Source of the DNA: Prorocentrum cordatum
Lineage: Eukaryota
Direction of reading: 5' to 3'
Assembly: GCA_963575745.1 (NCBI GenBank)
Contig: CAUYUJ010000226.1
Coordinates: 248,001 to 312,000 of the forward strand
Length of the DNA: 64,000 nt
The notes below the pieces were generated by a model. That model was not told where the DNA came from, ran no database searches, and was given only the letters and a program-made list of their open reading frames with translations. Made by a program: the position numbers and the translations under genes. The stretch's first letter is position 1, and each line of letters begins with the position of its first letter. Shown piece after piece: positions 59,174-64,000 of this stretch.

Positions 59174-61348
59174 TACAATGCCCAACAGCGGATCTTGTTC
59201 ATTTTGAACAGGGCTCGCTGTCCACGCCGCCGCGGTCTGTGTCCATGCGAGACAGGAGGCCGCCTGCCCAGCAGCGGCCGCGGTTGGTTTGGGACAACAT
59301 TTGCTGTTGGGCATTGTACCCATTCTTTCGGTACCCATTTCGGGCGTCCAAAAACGAAGCACCTCCCCGCGCCTCCGCGGAGGGGCTTCGTCGTTTTCGG
59401 CGCTCGGGGGCCCTCGCCAGACCCCAGGACCATGAAGAAACGTCTGAGCATGCACGTGGCCGGCTTTGGGGTACAGGGTCGGGACTTCCAGAGAAGCCGC
59501 ATTGAGACGAGTAGGACATCGGATGGCGCCGATCATCTTCTGGGGGTGACAGAACATCTGCCCCTGAGGGCCCTCAACGAGCCCTGGGACCATCAGAAAA
59601 CGACTCAGGATAACAAAACTATTTCCGACCGAGACTTGGATGTCCATGTGAGAAGAAAACCACGGCGTCGGAGCTTTGGGACAGGCCCACGAACGGGATA
59701 ACTGTGTCCAGAGCGTTCTTCGGACGGGGCTAGGACGAGGATAAATCCGTTCCAGAGCGTTCCGGAACGATCTCAGCGCGTTTTGGAACGCTCCGAGAAG
59801 GCCGCGAGCTTGAGACATCCTCTAGAGCCGCCAGATCTCAGAAATTCTCGATATACCCTCACCCGATTTTATTATCGTCCTGGTGTCGTCTCACGGGGTA
59901 ACTGTGTCCCGAGCGTTATGGAACCTCAAGCGCTTCAGACCTCTCTGGAGTGGCCTCGGCTCCCGACACATCCTCCGACTCGTCCCAGCCCGACGCTGTC
60001 CCGCTCCTGCCTTCGTCTTCAAGGGGGATGATCTGGCCAAAGATCGGCCGCGAGCGAGGGGGGGAAGTGAGAAGGAGAGGGCCTTCTCAGAAGGCAGCGT
60101 GGCTTCCGAGAAGCCCTCGCGCCCTCTGAGAAGTATCCGAATCATGTCTTCCGGGAAAGCTTGGACAGTTCCTCAGAGGGCCGAGGGGACTTCCGAGCCT
60201 TCTGAGAAGGCCGAGGGGCTTGCCGTACCCCCGGCCCACGATAACCCCCAGCCGTTCGCTCCGTTTTGGAGCCCTCGGGGCCCTCGGGGGCTCGTGGGGG
60301 CTGCTCTCGAGTCCGCGTGGGCCTCCCCGAAAAGTCTGGGGGGCACCTCTGGCCAGGGGCACTTCTAGCAGCAACACATGACCTTCTCGCTGCCCCCCCG
60401 GGCGCGCCGCTCCAAAGGGGGTTGCTCGGGGGCCCCCAAAAGGGGTGGTGACCACACCGTGTGGTGAGTCGGTGGGGGTTCGGGGTCACCGCACGGTTTT
60501 TTGGGACTTGGGTCGTTCTCCGAGGATGTCTCGGGCGGTTGGGACCTCCAGGGTCCCAAAACCGTGTGGTGACGGACCATGCGGTGAGGTCTTTGCGGAT
60601 TTCGAGGTCGCCGCCGGGTCTGTCACCATACGGTTTTGGGACACCCAAGTTGCGACACCTGCGGCGTGCAGCTGCTTTCGGCCCCGCCGCCGGGCCCCAC
60701 CCCTCAGCCCTGAGGTCCGACGCCGCGAAAGGAGAACACGGGAATTACACACGCGAAATCAGCCAGAGCCCTGGGCCCCATCTTTCTGCCAGGGCTCGAC
60801 CTGCACGGCGTTTTGGCGTTTTCGTGGACCGTATTCGTTTTGACTCCGTTCTGCAGCGAAGGCAGAACGGAGACGAAACGAAGGAAAACGAAACCAGCGC
60901 GAACAACGAAAAAACACTCTTCGGTCGAGCCCTTCTGTCGACTGCGCTCTTCGAGCCGCATGGATCAGTGAGGGCCCCAGGGCCCGACGCGAGGCGAAAG
61001 CGCCCGTGGCAAAACATGTGCGGCAATCCTTTTGTCTGAGAGCTCGGCTCTCCTGGTGGCCGTCCGGGACGCCCTGGGCAGCCCCAGAACGCCTTCGGCG
61101 AGGCGCACCTGCTGAAAAGCATCCCGAGGCGAGGGAGCCGCTGCGAGCCAACGGCAAACAGCGGAAACCTCCTCGAACCCGACTTGCGTCCGGCCAGGGC
61201 ATCCGCGGCAACCTCGACGCGCCGACTCCTCAGCGGAACCTCGAGCCCCCTGATCCCCCTCGGTCCTCGTCGCCGCCCTCGTCGTCCCCGTCGTCGCCCT
61301 CGTCCTCGAGACCCCAGCCCCCGAGAGACCCCCGCCTGGTCCGGCCCG

Positions 61349-61462
61349 GGCGTCTACGACTACCTCGACGCGCCGCACGCGCAGGCGGGCCTGCTGCCTG
61401 TGCGCCTCGTGCGCGCCTCGTGGCTGCTGCGCCGCGCGGAGGAGACGGCCACTGGCGGAAAG
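61349..61462 (+). CDS. Candidate exon (GVYDYLDAPHAQAGLLPVRLVRASWLLRRAEETATGGK)
   Basis: Protein-like GC3-rich stretch ending AG|GT; 5' boundary unclear. Confidence 0.35.
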
Positions 61463-61527
61463 GTGCTCCTCTCGGGGGCAGCGTTGGGCTTCAGTCGGGC
61501 GTGTCCCTCGACAGGAGGACTATTCAG

Positions 61528-61882
61528 ATGATGATGATGATGATGATGCTGATGCTGATGATGATGATGCTGATGATTTTTATGATGACGATGCTGATGA
61601 TGATGATGCTAATGCTGATGATGATTGTTATGATGATGATTGTTATGATGATGAGGCTGATGTTGAGGATTATGATGATGAGAATGATGATGCTGATGCT
61701 GATGCTGATGCTGATGCTGATGCTGATGCTGATGCTGATGATGATCATGATGATGATGATGATTCTGATTATGATGATGATGATGATTATGATGATGATG
61801 ATGATGATGCTGATGATGATGATGATGATGATGATGCTGATGATGATGATGAGGATGAGGATGGTGATGATGATAATAATGG
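61528..61882. repeat. (ATG)n compound microsatellite
   Basis: Direct inspection. Confidence 0.95.
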
Positions 61883-62343
61883 ATGTGTTTGCTCGGGAAT
61901 GGTGTCTACGGAGTTGAAGCTCCGCCGTCTCTGTATCCATAGTCCATCGGCACGACGGCTCAAGTTTTTCTAGCAATGCAAGTCGCCCGCGCCGCTGTGC
62001 CAGAGCTCGCGAGCGGGATCAGCACCGGCCTGGCATTGTGGCGCGGGTTGGCGCCGTGCCCAGAGTGCGCTCCCGTCCTGTCGTGCCCGGCGGTGCCGTC
62101 GGCCACCTGCGTCTGAGGCCGCCCTCGCCACTGGCGGTGGCTGGAGGTGCTCTGCTGCTGGCGCCGGTCGTCGTCGGAGCGCGCCCTCCTCGGCGCCGTG
62201 TGGGGCTTGCCCACGCGGTTGGCATCGCGTGTTGGCTTGAGGTGTGCGATCGCGGTCGAGACACCGCAGCTGATGTTCGAGGAGCAGGCGAGGGCGCAGC
62301 TTGCCTACGTACGTGGGCGCTCCTCGGGGGCGCGGATGGCGTG

Positions 62344-63700
62344 ATGGCCTCGTTCCAGACTGAAGTTTATTTCTTTGTGCAGTCCCTGGGCCAGCACTGT
62401 ATCATGTTCGGCTCGTGATGGCGACACGCCCTGGCACCGACGTCGGCTATGGGCTGATCCCATACTTTGATCACTACGAGGGGCGATCGCTGTAGGCCTC
62501 GACTTGACCGACGTGTTCGTGTTCCACTACGTGCAGGAGGTTCCTGCAGGGGTGGCGGCGGCTGACATTTATGGTTTCCGCACCTCGCCGCGGCAGGCCG
62601 TCGTCGACGCGCACGCGATGATGGGCGCCCACTCGCTGGGTGTGGCGTGCCCGCCGCCACTTGTCATTCAGGTGCCACTTCGACCCGACGCCTGCTGCTG
62701 CTGTTTGGGGCGCCCCAGGCTGAGCGGCCGCAGGAGCTCCCGCCTTGGCGGTTCCCGCCCAGCCACCTGTTGGCGGAGGAGGTGCCCTTATGGCTCCAGC
62801 CGCGGCCGCGCTTGCCACGGGCGCTGGCGCTCTGGTGGCCCCCGACGTCGCGCCGGGCGCTGCGGCGGTTGGCCCGCCCGTGGCGGCCGCCATGGGCATC
62901 CCGCCGGGCTTAGACGGGGGCGCCGGCGCCGCGGCGCCAGTCGCAGCAGGCGTGCTGGCGCCGCCCACAGGGTTAAGCAGGTATGCAGGACCGTGCAGGC
63001 TACTAGTGGCGACCTGGGTTGCCATCAGCTGCCTGCAGGATCCGTTACGTTGTCGGATCGTGCGATCGTCCACGCCTCAAGGCTCTCGGCGTGCGTGTCC
63101 CAACTGACAGCCATTGACGCCGCGGTGTTCGCCAAGGGAGACATTCGCACAATGTCGGCGAAGCTGGCGCGCAGGGCGAGTGCCGCAGGATCTGAGAGGA
63201 CGCGGTCGCGAGCTCGTCCGAGGATCCTCTTTGTCGGCGGCTGGGACCTGCAGGGACCGCGGACGCTCTGCGCCTTCTACGCGCATGAGAACTGGGTCAG
63301 GTTGTCGAAGGTCCCGGCTGGGGATCGGAGCGCCTATGAGCAAGAGGCGCTGCCTCGCATCCTGGATTCGGCCGCGATACTAGCTCACTTGAACTGCCCA
63401 CCCCTCGCATGGAGCTGCTCGCGTGAAGGCTGGCGCTGATCGAGGAGGCGCATCGGATCTCTCCGAACCAGCCCGACTGCAGCGCCGCCGACCATGATGG
63501 GCTGGGGCCGTCGGGCCAGAGGGGCCGCGATGGCGCCCGGCGCGTCGGCCCACGTCGCGGGCCAGCGCAGGCAGGAGTCGGCGACTGCGAAGGAGGCCCG
63601 CAAGGCGCGGGAGGAGGCGGCCGCCAGGGCCAGCGGGGGGCCCAAGGAAGGCGCGGGCGGCGGCGGGTCGGAGACGGCCAACGCCGCAGGGGCGCAATGA
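62344..63700 (+). pseudogene. Frameshifted/decayed ORF, probably ORF1/gag-like protein of a mobile element
   Basis: Coherent peptides across frames: MASFQTEVYFFVQ; GPALYHVRLVMA; Ala/Pro-rich linker; WDLQGPRT; GDRSAYEQEALPRILDSA; RLALIEEAHRISPNQPDCSAADH; MGWG..AKEARKAREE. Confidence 0.55.
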
Positions 63701-64000
63701 CTCGGGAGGGTCCGCGCGGGCGGCGATGGGGCTCGCCCGCCCCCCTCGCGCGCCAGCCTCGCTACCCCAGCCGAGTGCCCGCGGGGGCTCCCCACCCTTG
63801 ATTTTTCTGGCGGCGACGCCAGGCGCCCCTCATTTTGATCATGATGTTCGTCACCGGCCGCGGCAGCGGCGCGCCAAAGGGCGGAGGGCCGGCGAGCGCA
63901 TCCAGGTTTCTATGAGGCGCGCCTGCGTCGACGTCGCCGGCACCGCCGACGACGGCAGACAGGGGCGCGGCCCAGGCAGCGGCCCAGCGCGAAGTTGTGC

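Noticed and set aside
61006..61917. Poly-Met protein
   Set aside because: Translation of an (ATG)n microsatellite.
61935..61963. Second relict spliced leader (…ggctcaag)
   Set aside because: Only the last 8 nt match DinoSL, which is too weak.

Overview
GC-rich, repeat-dense eukaryotic genomic DNA, most consistent with a dinoflagellate. This is inferred from a relict DinoSL-like motif in front of tandemly arrayed intronless genes, tiny exons with AG|G acceptors and GC/GA donors, and abundant (GGA/CCT)n, (GAC)n and (CA)n tracts. Most ORFs in the supplied track are artefacts of high GC and microsatellites. Supported content: (1) a tandem array of seven intact copies of a 90-aa signal-peptide protein ending in KEDL/GEDL (5941-16289), plus a disrupted eighth unit; (2) an APE+RT non-LTR retrotransposon (about 38449-44067) between (CCT)n tracts, with a disordered insertion in the RT N-terminal region, an in-frame C2H2 zinc-finger extension behind a single TGA, and an extra intact 225-aa ORF located 3' of pol; (3) many MITE-like families, two of which share TCGGG...CCCGA termini and clean 5-bp target-site duplications, plus a TA-duplicating family; (4) 73-bp and about 63-bp minisatellites; (5) scattered micro-exons of probable host genes; and (6) a decayed multicopy-type ORF at the right end.
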